Assembly (NCBI GenBank): GCA_035606175.1
Contig: DATNFW010000092.1
Location: 502 to 64,501, forward strand
Direction: 5' to 3'
Length of the DNA stretch: 64,000 bases
DNA from: Steroidobacteraceae bacterium
GTDB taxonomy: Bacteria > Pseudomonadota > Gammaproteobacteria > Steroidobacterales > Steroidobacteraceae
This document shows, piece by piece, positions 1 to 9,178 of this stretch. Below the pieces are notes generated by a model. It was not told the DNA's origin, ran no database searches, and was given only the letters and a program-made list of their open reading frames with translations. Within the stretch, counting starts at the first letter, position 1; each line of letters starts with the position of its first letter. Both the position numbers and the translations under genes were made by a program.

Positions 1-597
1 GCCGTTCTGGTTGCGATCATGGAGCATGGTCTGGTGCCCTCGGCCGTCGCTGCGCGGCTCACGCTCCTCGGTGCACCGGAGTCCCTTCAGGGTGCAGTGG
101 CCGCAGGTCTTCTGGGGGTCGGGGACCGCTTCGCGGGGACGGCGAGCGCCTGCGCCGAGGTGCTCGGGAGCATCGTGACGGCGCCGGAGGCGGAGCGAGC
201 CTCGCGTGCCGCGGCACTCGTCGAATCCTTCCGCCGCGAGCGTCGGCTCTTGCCGGGGTTCGGCCACCCGACACATCGTTCGGGCGATCCCCGCGTGCCG
301 CGGCTCATCGAGATCGCGCGTGTTCAGGGCGTTCCCGGACGATACATCGAGGCGCTGCGCCTGCTCGAGGCGGCCGTGAAAGAGGTGCTCGGCCGCCCGC
401 TGCCGACGAACGTGAGCGCCGCAATCGCGGTCGCGTTGCGCGAGGTGGAAATTCCGCCCGAAGCCATTCGTGGAGTCGTGCTCACGGCGCGCTGCGCCGG
501 ACTCGCAGGCCACCTGCTCGAGGAGATGCGCGAGCCTTCGGCGAACGAGATGTGGCAGGCCGCCGAGCGCGCGGTGCCGTACCGCAACACCGATTGA
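1..597 (+). CDS. Citrate synthase-like / citryl-CoA lyase family protein, 3' portion (5' end lies outside the window)
   Basis: The frame is open from base 1 (listed ORF 19..597). GFGHPTHRSGDPRVP resembles the GFGHRVY..DPR signature of the citrate synthase superfamily. Confidence 0.6.
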   Translation, partial: AVLVAIMEHGLVPSAVAARLTLLGAPESLQGAVAAGLLGVGDRFAGTASACAEVLGSIVTAPEAERASRAAALVESFRRERRLLPGFGHPTHRSGDPRVPRLIEIARVQGVPGRYIEALRLLEAAVKEVLGRPLPTNVSAAIAVALREVEIPPEAIRGVVLTARCAGLAGHLLEEMREPSANEMWQAAERAVPYRNTD

Positions 598-612
598 GGC
601 AGGCGAGAACTC

Positions 613-1890
613 ATGAACCTAAAGAGCGTCTGGAGCTACGAGAATCGGCTGCTCGTCATTCTCGGGCTCGCGTTCGGCATCTGCTATTTCGATCGCAATG
701 CCGGAACGATCCTCGTCCCGCTCATGGAGCACGATCTGCAGCTCAACAATACGCAGACCGGCTTCATCGGCTCCGGACTGTCGATTACCTGGGCGCTCGG
801 CGCCTATCTGATCGCGCGCTGGTCGGACGCGACCGGCGTGCGCAAGCCCTTCCTCATCGCCTTCCTGCTCATCTTCTCGGCCTGCTCGTTCATCTCCGGG
901 CTCGCGCCCAATTTCTCCGTGCTGCTTGCTTCGCGCATGGTAATGGGCGCGGTCGAGGGGCCGTTCCTGCCCGTCTGCCTCGCGATCATGGCGATCGAGT
1001 CCTCCGAACGTCGTCGCGGGGTCAACTTCGGGATCATGCAGAACTTCTTCTCCTCGGTGCTCGGCCAGAGTCTCGCGCCTCTGGTGCTCGTAGCGCTCGC
1101 CGAGCGCTTCGGCTGGCGCTCGGCGTTCTACGTCGCCGGTGTACCGGGACTTTTGATTCTGCTTGCGGTGGTGCTCTGGGTGCGTGAGCCCGCCAAGTCG
1201 GCGCAGTCCGCTGTCGATACCGGCGGCGTGGGTGGCACCGGCGCCCGCATGGGCCTCATCGCCATGATCAGCGTGCGCAATATCGCACTCTGCTGCCTGA
1301 TATCCCTCGCCATGGTGTCCTGGCTCGTGCTCGGTTGGACCTTCTTGCCGAAGTTCTTCACGGATTACCGTCATTTCACTCCCACGGTCATGAGCTACCT
1401 CATGACGGGGGTCGGGGCCGCGTCCGCGCTCTCGGCTTTCACCGTGCCCGCGCTCTCCGACCGGGTCGGACGCAAGCCGGCTATGATCGCGTTCTGTCTG
1501 ATCGGGGCACTGTCGCCCCTCGCGGCGCTTTACTTCGAGGGCTCGATGCTCGCGCTCGGCGCGCTTTTGTTCATCGGCTGGATGGCCTGCGGGACGTTTC
1601 CGCTCTTCATGGGGGTTATCCCCGGAGAGACGATCTCGCGCCGTTATGCGGCGACGGCCATGGGACTCGTGGTCTGCGCGGGTGAGGTCATGGGAGGATT
1701 CGGTATCAACTCGGCCGCCGGTGCGCTCGCCGACCGCTGGGGACTCGCCACTCCCGTGCTGATGCAGGCGGCGTGCGCCTTCCTCGGCGGGATTCTCTGT
1801 CTGTTCCTCATCGAGACCGCACCCTCGCGGGTGCGGGCCGCAACGGCCGACAGGGTTGCGGCGGACGCGTTACGCCGCGAAGCTAGCTAA
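613..1890 (+). CDS. MFS transporter
   Basis: 425 aa and highly hydrophobic with about 12 predicted helices. MFS loop motifs are present: WSDATGVRKP after TM2 and LSDRVGRKP after TM8. Confidence 0.8.
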   Translation: MNLKSVWSYENRLLVILGLAFGICYFDRNAGTILVPLMEHDLQLNNTQTGFIGSGLSITWALGAYLIARWSDATGVRKPFLIAFLLIFSACSFISGLAPNFSVLLASRMVMGAVEGPFLPVCLAIMAIESSERRRGVNFGIMQNFFSSVLGQSLAPLVLVALAERFGWRSAFYVAGVPGLLILLAVVLWVREPAKSAQSAVDTGGVGGTGARMGLIAMISVRNIALCCLISLAMVSWLVLGWTFLPKFFTDYRHFTPTVMSYLMTGVGAASALSAFTVPALSDRVGRKPAMIAFCLIGALSPLAALYFEGSMLALGALLFIGWMACGTFPLFMGVIPGETISRRYAATAMGLVVCAGEVMGGFGINSAAGALADRWGLATPVLMQAACAFLGGILCLFLIETAPSRVRAATADRVAADALRREAS

Positions 1891-1945
1891 GCAGAAAACG
1901 CCCGCCCCGAAGAGGGGCGATCGTCTATAAGAAGGAGAGTGGATC

Positions 1946-4507
1946 ATGCACAGGTCTCGTGTGTGGCAGGCGGCCCTTCGGCTGCTTGCCGCTTCCATCG
2001 TTGCGTTCGCGATAGCTCGGGCCCCCGCTCTTCGAGCGCAGGCCGATACCGGACCCCCGACCGCCCAGACGGCAGCGCCAGCCGGTACCGGGCTGCAGGA
2101 AGTCGTCGTCACCGCTCGATTCCGTGCCGAGAATCTGCAGACGACCCCGATCGCGATTACCGCGGTCACCGCACAGCAGCTCGAGGAGCATGGGTTCGAG
2201 GACATCTCGCAAATCGCGAGCATCGCGCCCAATGTGAACATCGAGCCCGCCGGGTCCGGCTTCGGCAAGCTCGCCTTCGTATCCATCCGCGGCGTCGGGC
2301 AGTCGGATTTCAAGTACACGTTCGAGCCCGGCGTGGGCTTCTACATCGATGATGTGTATTTCGGCACGGCATTCGGCTCGATCTTCGACCTGCTCGATGT
2401 CTCGAGCGTCGATATTCTGCGCGGTCCGCAGGGTACGCTGTTCGGGAAGAACACCGAGGGGGGAGCCGTCCGTGTCTTCCTGACGAAACCGAAGGGAGAC
2501 AATAGCGGCTACGTCGAGGCGGGCTATGGCAGCTACAGCCGGGAGCGCTTTCGCGGCGCGCTCGACGTTTCCATCATTCCCGACAAGCTCTTCATGCGGA
2601 TCGCCTTCGGCTCGAACCGATACGATGGCTATCAGGAAATCTACGATTTTGCCTGCGCGAATCCGGGGCTTGCGGGACGGCTGAAGCCGGACACCTACAT
2701 CAACAACTGCAAGCTCGGCACCTACGGCGGGGACAACGTGCAGGTCGGGCGCGTGGCGCTCCGCTGGCTCGCCGCCGAGGGCCTCGAGTTCAATCTCGAG
2801 GGTGACCTCACCGACGATCATGGCGAGGCGCCGGCGAACAAGCTTCTCGCGATCAATCTGCCGCCGAATCCCTGCCCGGCCGCGACCGCCGCAAACCCGA
2901 ATCCGCGGGGCTGCGCGCCGGGCACCCAGGTGTCCTCGGTGCTCTCGCTGTTCAATGCAACGACTGCGGTCCCGCTGTTCGGCGTGCCGCTCGATTCGCG
3001 CTTCATCACACCGAGCCCATATACGACGTACGGCACTTACAACGACCCGATCGCGGGGGTGAGTTTCCCGAACGAGAGCAGGCTCTACTCGTGGGGCGTC
3101 GCCGGAACGATCGACTGGGACACGCCCGTGCGCGGTGTGCACGTGAAATCGATCTCGGCCTATCGGCGCTATCACGGGGACTTCGCCCAGGACACCGCGG
3201 GCGCACCGTTCACCGGGAACTTGCCGATCAATTACCTCGATCACCACCAGTTCAGCGAGGAGGTCCAGGTGAGCGGTCATGCGTTCGCGGACGCGCTCGA
3301 CTGGACGGTCGGTGGCTACTATCTCGACAGCACGGACTACGACACCGGAATCGTCGATCAGCCGAGCAACATCGGCGGCCGCGGCATTCTCTTCACGACG
3401 GCCGATCCGGCGGGCTCGAAGGATGAGTCTGGCTTCGCGCACGTCAACTACCAGTTCTCGCGCCACTGGGGCATCGAGCTCGGCGGGCGCTACTCCCACG
3501 AGACGAAGTTCTATACGTTCTATCGCTTTTTGCCCAACCTCGCCGGCCTCGTGCCGTCCGTGCCGGGCCCGGTGCCCGGCACGACCCAGCCGCTCTTCCC
3601 GCTCAATCACGGCGGCTACCTCGCCGGATTCGCGCCCCCCTTGCCGACCGGCGACGTGAGCGTCTCGCGGTTCGATCCGAAAGTGGCGCTTTCCTATCAG
3701 ATCACCCCGTCGGTCATGACGTACGTTCAGTACTCGACCGGATACAAGTCGGGCGGCTTCAACCCGCGCCCGCTCAACCGCGCCCAGGTCACGAGCTTCG
3801 GCCCGGAGATCCTCAAGGCGTACGAGATCGGGCTGAAGAGCGAGTGGCTCGATCACCGGCTGCGGGCGAACATCGCGGCGTTCTGGAGCGATTACAGCAA
3901 TCTGCAGCTGCCGGTCGCGACGCTCGATGCGACAGGGACGCCGGCCTTTCTCACCGAGAGCGTCGGGCGCGCGCGCATCCAGGGCGCGGAGCTCGAAGTG
4001 GCGGCTCGTCCGGCCGGGGGCCTCTCGCTCGAGGCCTCGCTCGGCTACCTCAACTATCACAACATCGATCTGGGCGCAGCCGCGTACGACGGCAACCCCG
4101 TGCTGCCCAACGGCACGCCAAACCCGAACTACAACCCGAGCGGCCCGACCCTCTCCAATGTGCCCCCGCTCACGCCGAAGTGGAAAGGGAACGTCGGAAT
4201 CCAGTACGCGATCCCGCTCGCAGGCGGGGGCGTGCTCACCCCGAGGGCGGATTACACGTATCAGAGCATCGTCTACAACGACCAACAGAACATGGCCATC
4301 TCCGCGCAGGGTGGATACGGCCTGCTCGATGCACGCATCTCGTGGGAGGCGCCTCGCGGCGGCTGGCAAGCGTCGCTCTATGCCTACAATCTTACGGACA
4401 AGCTCTACTACGTGACGATCTTCAATGGGCTCTCGACGTACGACTCGGTGAACGGCCAGCCCGGTCAGCCGCGGACGTTTCTGTTCACGGTGCGCAAGAG
4501 CTTCTGA
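1946..4507 (+). CDS. TonB-dependent outer membrane receptor
   Basis: 853 aa with a signal peptide. Plug-domain motifs are LQEVVVTARF..ENLQTTPIAITAVT and ILRGPQGTLFGKNTEGGAV, and the C-terminus ends in an aromatic residue (RKSF). An AAGGAG RBS precedes the ATG. Confidence 0.9.
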   Translation: MHRSRVWQAALRLLAASIVAFAIARAPALRAQADTGPPTAQTAAPAGTGLQEVVVTARFRAENLQTTPIAITAVTAQQLEEHGFEDISQIASIAPNVNIEPAGSGFGKLAFVSIRGVGQSDFKYTFEPGVGFYIDDVYFGTAFGSIFDLLDVSSVDILRGPQGTLFGKNTEGGAVRVFLTKPKGDNSGYVEAGYGSYSRERFRGALDVSIIPDKLFMRIAFGSNRYDGYQEIYDFACANPGLAGRLKPDTYINNCKLGTYGGDNVQVGRVALRWLAAEGLEFNLEGDLTDDHGEAPANKLLAINLPPNPCPAATAANPNPRGCAPGTQVSSVLSLFNATTAVPLFGVPLDSRFITPSPYTTYGTYNDPIAGVSFPNESRLYSWGVAGTIDWDTPVRGVHVKSISAYRRYHGDFAQDTAGAPFTGNLPINYLDHHQFSEEVQVSGHAFADALDWTVGGYYLDSTDYDTGIVDQPSNIGGRGILFTTADPAGSKDESGFAHVNYQFSRHWGIELGGRYSHETKFYTFYRFLPNLAGLVPSVPGPVPGTTQPLFPLNHGGYLAGFAPPLPTGDVSVSRFDPKVALSYQITPSVMTYVQYSTGYKSGGFNPRPLNRAQVTSFGPEILKAYEIGLKSEWLDHRLRANIAAFWSDYSNLQLPVATLDATGTPAFLTESVGRARIQGAELEVAARPAGGLSLEASLGYLNYHNIDLGAAAYDGNPVLPNGTPNPNYNPSGPTLSNVPPLTPKWKGNVGIQYAIPLAGGGVLTPRADYTYQSIVYNDQQNMAISAQGGYGLLDARISWEAPRGGWQASLYAYNLTDKLYYVTIFNGLSTYDSVNGQPGQPRTFLFTVRKSF

Positions 4508-4541
4508 TCCGAATTTTTTCGGGTAAGAGGATTGCTACTCG

Positions 4542-4577
4542 CTCGCGCGGCGTATATATTTCGCGCCGCCGCGCGAG
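4542..4577. other. GC-rich hairpin: 11-bp perfect stem CTCGCGCGGCG / CGCCGCGCGAG with a 14-nt AT-rich loop
   Basis: Perfect inverted repeat read directly from the sequence, 35 nt after the receptor stop codon. No T-tract follows, so it is not a classical intrinsic terminator. Confidence 0.5.
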
Positions 4578-4651
4578 CACGCTCGCGCCGCATTGTTTGG
4601 GTCACATCAAGGTTTGAATGAACGCTCAAGCGAGCAATGCCCCGTCCGATT

Positions 4652-4676
4652 GTCACAGTAGCCGCTCTACTGTGAC
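4652..4676. promoter_or_regulatory. Perfect 10-5-10 inverted repeat GTCACAGTAG-CCGCT-CTACTGTGAC; candidate operator or RNA hairpin upstream of the NRAMP-family gene
   Basis: Read directly from the sequence, about 120 nt upstream of the ATG at 4797. The regulator, if any, is unknown. Confidence 0.4.
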
Positions 4677-4796
4677 CCGCGACGGGCTCGTCGCCTGGGT
4701 GAGCCGCGACCCCAGAGAGCTTTCCGCCTAAGAAAGCTCTCCGCGCCTCGCGCCTCCCAGGTCGGACTCACCGATTTGGACAGGGAAGGAGGCGCG

Positions 4797-6485
4797 ATGT
4801 CCCGACCGATCCTCGAACTGCTCCCCGCGCGTGCGGCAGAGACCGGCGCGGGCCTCCTCGACGACTTGCACCAGGGCGACATCCGCGGCGCGCTCGGCAC
4901 GATCCGGCGCGGCGATGTCGCGGCGCGCAGCGGCTGGCGCTCGCGGCTCGCGACACTGCTCGCAATCCTCGGGCCGGGCCTCATCGCGATGGTGGGCGAC
5001 AACGATGCCGGAGCTTTCGGGACCTACACCCAGGCGGGGCAGGACTACGGCACGGTACTCGCGTGGACGCTCCTGCTGCTCGTTCCCGTCCTGTGGGTGA
5101 ATCAGGAAATGGTGGTGCGCCTCGGCGTCGTGACGCGCGTCGGCCACGCCCGGCTCATCCTCGAGCGCTTCGGCCGATTCTGGGGCGCCTTCAGCGTCAT
5201 CGACCTGTTCCTGCTGAATGCGCTCACGATCGTGACCGAGTTCATCGGCGTGAGCCTCGCGCTCGGGTATCTCGGCCTGCCGCGAGAGGTCGGGGTCGTC
5301 GCCGCGGCGGCGATCATCATTGCGGCGGCCGGCACCGGGAATTTCCGCCGTTTCGAGCAGGTCTCGCTGATGCTCGTGTTCGGAAGCCTCCTGCTTCTGC
5401 CCATCCTGGTGTGGGTGCATCCTCCCGTCGCGCAGGTTGCGCACGATCTCGTCACACCGCGCCTGCCGCACGGGCGTCTCTCGGAGGTGCTGCTCCTCGT
5501 GATTGCGATCGTCGGCACGACGGTCGCTCCGTGGCAGCTGTTCTTCCAGCAGAGCTACATCATCGACAAGCGCATCACGCCGCGATTCATGCGCTATGCG
5601 CGTGCGGACCTCGCGATCGGCATCGTACTCGTCGTGGTCGGCGCGCTCGCGATGATCGCTTTCGCGGCGCAGGCATTCGTCGGTCGGCCGGAGTTCGGGC
5701 ATTTCACCGACGCGGGGGCGGTCGCCGCCGGACTCGGCCGCTACGTGGGGCATGCCGCCGGGGTGTGCTTCGCGCTCGCGCTGATCGATGCGAGCATCAT
5801 CGGTGCGATGGCCGTGTCGCTCTCGACCGCATACGCCATCGGCGATGTGCTCGCTCTGCGCCACTCGCTCCACCGCAAGCCGGGTGAGGCGAAAACCTTC
5901 TACGCCGTTTATGGCGGCCTCGTCGTGATCGCCGCGGCTCTCGTGCTCGCGCCCGGCACGCCGCTCGGGTTGCTGACGAATGCGGTTCAGACGCTCGCCG
6001 GGGTCTTGCTGCCGAGCGCCACGGTGTTCCTGCTCCTGCTCTGCAACGATCGGGCCGTGCTCGGGCCGCACGTGAACGGTCCGTGGCTCAATCTGCTGAC
6101 GGGCGTGATCATCGCCGGCTTGATTGCGCTCTCGATGCTGCTCACGGTGACGGTCCTGTTCCCGCGCATCGGCTCGAGTGTGATGATCGCAATGCTCGCA
6201 GCGGGCGCCCTTTGCGCGGCGGTCTTCGGATGCGCGGCGCTCGCCTCGCGGCGCAAACGGGCGGGAGCCTTCCTGACGGGCGCATGCCCGGACGAGCTCG
6301 CGCCCCGGGCCAGTCGCGAGCCGGACCCCCACCCGTGGCGCATGGCGCCGCTCTCGGAGCTTCCGGCGGTCGCAATGACCCCGCTCACGCGCTGCGGGAT
6401 GATCCTGCTACGTGCCTATCTCATGATTGCGGCGGGACTCGTGCTGCTGCGGATCGTGCAGCTCGCGCTCAGCGGGCGAGTCTGA
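4797..6485 (+). CDS. NRAMP (SLC11) family metal-ion transporter with an atypical binding-site signature
   Basis: ATG at 4797 is preceded by GGAAGGAGG; the listed ORF starts at an upstream TTG (4776). The TM1 region LGPGLIAMVGDNDAGAFGTYTQAG aligns to the MntH LGP..IDPGNFATNIQAG block. The TM6 region is GTTVAPWQLFF. Confidence 0.85.
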   Translation: MSRPILELLPARAAETGAGLLDDLHQGDIRGALGTIRRGDVAARSGWRSRLATLLAILGPGLIAMVGDNDAGAFGTYTQAGQDYGTVLAWTLLLLVPVLWVNQEMVVRLGVVTRVGHARLILERFGRFWGAFSVIDLFLLNALTIVTEFIGVSLALGYLGLPREVGVVAAAAIIIAAAGTGNFRRFEQVSLMLVFGSLLLLPILVWVHPPVAQVAHDLVTPRLPHGRLSEVLLLVIAIVGTTVAPWQLFFQQSYIIDKRITPRFMRYARADLAIGIVLVVVGALAMIAFAAQAFVGRPEFGHFTDAGAVAAGLGRYVGHAAGVCFALALIDASIIGAMAVSLSTAYAIGDVLALRHSLHRKPGEAKTFYAVYGGLVVIAAALVLAPGTPLGLLTNAVQTLAGVLLPSATVFLLLLCNDRAVLGPHVNGPWLNLLTGVIIAGLIALSMLLTVTVLFPRIGSSVMIAMLAAGALCAAVFGCAALASRRKRAGAFLTGACPDELAPRASREPDPHPWRMAPLSELPAVAMTPLTRCGMILLRAYLMIAAGLVLLRIVQLALSGRV

Positions 6486-6500
6486 CGTGGACAGCGCGCA

Positions 6501-7745
6501 CTAGCGCGCAAGCGCTTTCAAGTGCGCGATGCGCGAGAGCGCCGGAGGATGCGAGTCGTAGAAGGCCGAGGCGATCGCATCCGGTGTGAGCGTCGTCGCG
6601 TTGTCGCGGTACAGCTTGACGAGCGCCGCGGCGAGGTCGGCAGCGCTCGCGTGCTCGGCGGCGAAGCGGTCCGCTGCGAGCTCATGGCGGCGCGACCAGA
6701 GCGCCGCGATCGGGGTCACGAAAAACAAGAACGCCGGCACCACCAGCATATAAAGCAGCAGCGCGGCGTGAGCGGAGGCAACCGGAACCCCGAGCGCCGT
6801 GTAGAACCAGCGTTGCTCGGCAAGCCAGGCGAGGAGCGCAAGCCCCGCGAGCGATGCGGCCCCCGAGACAAGGAGGTGCTGGCGCACGTGCCGCAGGCGG
6901 AAATGTCCGAGCTCGTGCGCGAGCACGGCCTCGATCTCCGGCGCCGCGAGCCGCTCGAGCAGCGTGTCGAAGAATACGATGCGCTTGTGCCGGCCGACGC
7001 CGGTGAAGTAGGCGTTGCCGTGCGCGGTGCGACGAGAGCTGTCGACGACGAACACGCCTTTGGATGCGAATCCGCACCGCGCGAGGAGCGCTTCGATGCG
7101 CGCTTTCAAGGGCTCATCCGCGAGCGGGCTGAATCGATTGAAGAGCGGTGCGATGAAGGCGGGCCAGGCCCACGCGAGGAATAGCGAGACGGCGACCCAG
7201 ACCAGCCACGCGTAGAACCACCAGGCGCGCCCTGCGCTCGACATGAGCCATAACACCGCAAGGAGCAGCGGAACGCCGAGCACCACCGCCACGGCGAGCC
7301 CCTTGAGACGATCGAGAACGTAGAGCGTCGGGGTCGTGCGGTTGAACCCGAACGCGGCCTCGGTCCGGAACGTACGCCACAGTGACAGCGGCAGCGCGGC
7401 GACCCAGGTGCCCGCGAGCACGGTGAGGACGACGGCCGCCCCGAGCCACGGCTCGCCCCAGCCGGTGCGCCTCCACAGGGCGTCGATCGCGGTGATACCA
7501 CCCCCGAGCGTGAACGCGAGCGCAACGCCGGCATCGATCAGGGTTTCAATTGCACCGAGCCGCACCCGCGCGACGGTGTAGTCCGCCGCCTTCCGATGTT
7601 CCGCGGGGGCGACCGCCTCAGCGAAGGGCTCCGGCACGCGCTCTCGGTGCGCGCGCGCCGCGGCGATCTGGCGCGACCCGAGCCACAGGCGAAGCAGCGT
7701 GCCCGCACCGAGGGTTGCGAGATATGCGGCGGTCAGCCAGTGCAC
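6501..7745 (-). CDS. M48 family (Ste24/HtpX-like) zinc metallopeptidase, polytopic membrane protein
   Basis: HELGHFRLRH zinc motif and multiple TM helices. The start is taken as GTG at 7745 (VHWLTAAYL...). The N-terminal 104 aa of listed ORF 6501..8057 overlap the permease gene and look non-coding. Confidence 0.8.
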   Translation of the reverse strand: MHWLTAAYLATLGAGTLLRLWLGSRQIAAARAHRERVPEPFAEAVAPAEHRKAADYTVARVRLGAIETLIDAGVALAFTLGGGITAIDALWRRTGWGEPWLGAAVVLTVLAGTWVAALPLSLWRTFRTEAAFGFNRTTPTLYVLDRLKGLAVAVVLGVPLLLAVLWLMSSAGRAWWFYAWLVWVAVSLFLAWAWPAFIAPLFNRFSPLADEPLKARIEALLARCGFASKGVFVVDSSRRTAHGNAYFTGVGRHKRIVFFDTLLERLAAPEIEAVLAHELGHFRLRHVRQHLLVSGAASLAGLALLAWLAEQRWFYTALGVPVASAHAALLLYMLVVPAFLFFVTPIAALWSRRHELAADRFAAEHASAADLAAALVKLYRDNATTLTPDAIASAFYDSHPPALSRIAHLKALAR

Positions 7746-9178
7746 GCGGCTCCCGATGCGCGCTGGCCGGCGAGCCGCCACGCAAAATAGACGGGGACTC
7801 CGAGCGCGACGATGAGGAGACCCGGCCAGGTGTAGCGCGGCTTCACGATGAGCAGATCGATCGCGATCGCGCCCGTGATGAGGATGTAGAGCGCGGGAAG
7901 CCAGGGATAGCCGGGCACTGGAACCGGGCGCTCGGCGTGCGGGCGCGTCCGGCGCAGCGCAAAGAGGCTGACCGCAGTCAGCAGATAGAAAAGGAGCGCC
8001 GCGAAGATGACATAGTCGAGCAGCTGGCTGTACGTGCCGGAGAGACAGAGCACGCACGTCCAGACCGCCTGGATCACGAGTGCGAAGGCCGGGGTCTGGC
8101 GCTTCGGATCGAGCGCCCCCGCGCGGCGGAAGAACAGCCCGTCGCGCGCCATCGCGAAGTAGACGCGCGCCCCGGAGAGAATCAGTCCGTTATTGCAGCC
8201 GAAAGTGGAGATCATGATGGCGGCCGCCATGATCGCGAGGCCCGCGCCGCCGAACACCGCCTGCAGTACGGCCGTGGCGACTCGGTCCTGCGGGGCGGAG
8301 GTGATGCCCGCGAGAGGCAGCACGCTCAAGTAGCCGAGGTTCGCGAGCAGGTAGAGCACGGTTACGGTCGTGACGCCCGCGACCATCGCGAACGGCAGAT
8401 CGCGCCGGGGCTCCTTGAGCTCCGAACCCGCAAAGCCGACGTTGTTCCAGGCATCCATCGAGAACAGTGCCCCGACCATCGCCGCGCCGATCGCCGGCAA
8501 GACCCCGAGGTGCAGGCCGCCGGCAGGCCAGAAACCGGCGCCGAAGTTCGCCGCGAGCGCGTGTGCGTTCCGCCCGATGAGCAGTCCCGCCACGATGAGT
8601 CCGACGAGCGATGCGACCTTGAGCGTCGTGAGCGAGGTTTGAATGATGGCGGCGGTGCGCACCCCGCGGAAGTTGACCCAGGTGAGCAGGATCACGGTGA
8701 CGATCGCGAGCACGCGCTGGGGGGAGAACCCCACGTCGATCGGTCCGCTCGGCAGATGGAGCGTCAAGCCGAGGAACACATCCGGCGAGAGGGAGGGAAA
8801 GAACACCGATGTGAAGCGAGCGAAAGCGACCGCCACCGCCGCGATCGTGCCCGTTTGAATGACCAGGAACAGCGTCCAGCCATAGAGATAGCCGAACAGG
8901 GGTGAGATGCCCTCGCGCAGGTACACGTACTGTCCACCCGCCGATGGAAACATCGCCGCGAGCTCCGTATAGGTGAGCGCGCCGATGACGGTCGTGATCC
9001 CCGCGAGGACCCAGACGGCAAGGAGCAGGCCGGGTGAGCCGACTTGTCGGCCGATATCCGCCGAGACGATGAAGATGCCCGATCCCACCATCGAGCCGAC
9101 GACAAGCGCAGTGGCGTCGATCCGGCTGATCGCCTTCACGAACTCGGCGGGCGGGTGCAGGGCGGGGGGTTCGGTCAT
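7733..9178 (-). CDS. APC superfamily amino acid permease
   Basis: Starts at MTEPPALHPP (ATG 9178). About 12 TM helices and the VGSMVGSGIFIV motif. The ATG overlaps the upstream gene's stop as ATGA. Confidence 0.85.
   Translation of the reverse strand: MTEPPALHPPAEFVKAISRIDATALVVGSMVGSGIFIVSADIGRQVGSPGLLLAVWVLAGITTVIGALTYTELAAMFPSAGGQYVYLREGISPLFGYLYGWTLFLVIQTGTIAAVAVAFARFTSVFFPSLSPDVFLGLTLHLPSGPIDVGFSPQRVLAIVTVILLTWVNFRGVRTAAIIQTSLTTLKVASLVGLIVAGLLIGRNAHALAANFGAGFWPAGGLHLGVLPAIGAAMVGALFSMDAWNNVGFAGSELKEPRRDLPFAMVAGVTTVTVLYLLANLGYLSVLPLAGITSAPQDRVATAVLQAVFGGAGLAIMAAAIMISTFGCNNGLILSGARVYFAMARDGLFFRRAGALDPKRQTPAFALVIQAVWTCVLCLSGTYSQLLDYVIFAALLFYLLTAVSLFALRRTRPHAERPVPVPGYPWLPALYILITGAIAIDLLIVKPRYTWPGLLIVALGVPVYFAWRLAGQRASGAACTG

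Noticed and set aside
1925-4369. An 814-aa minus-strand ORF. Similar cases: 4728..6332 (534 aa), 20776..22746 (656 aa), 23473..25155, 24573..26402, 44206..46710 (834 aa) and 61664..63820 (718 aa)
   Set aside because: All are antisense or out of frame to genes with clear family motifs (TonB receptor, NRAMP, IorB, TPP enzyme/ALDH, infB, trpS/scpA). Their products are Arg/Ala/Pro/Gly-rich with no recognisable domains. These are high-GC shadow ORFs.
4508-4796. yybP-ykoY (Mn2+) riboswitch upstream of the NRAMP-family gene, as found upstream of E. coli mntH
   Set aside because: I could not find the conserved GGGGAGUAG and CUUGACA-type core elements on the sense strand. A GAGTAGC string occurs only on the opposite strand.
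6501-8057. A long 518-aa form of the M48 peptidase
   Set aside because: The extra 104 N-terminal residues are Arg/Ala/Pro-rich and lie over the 3' end of the permease gene. The homologous Ste24-type N-terminus begins at the GTG at 7745.
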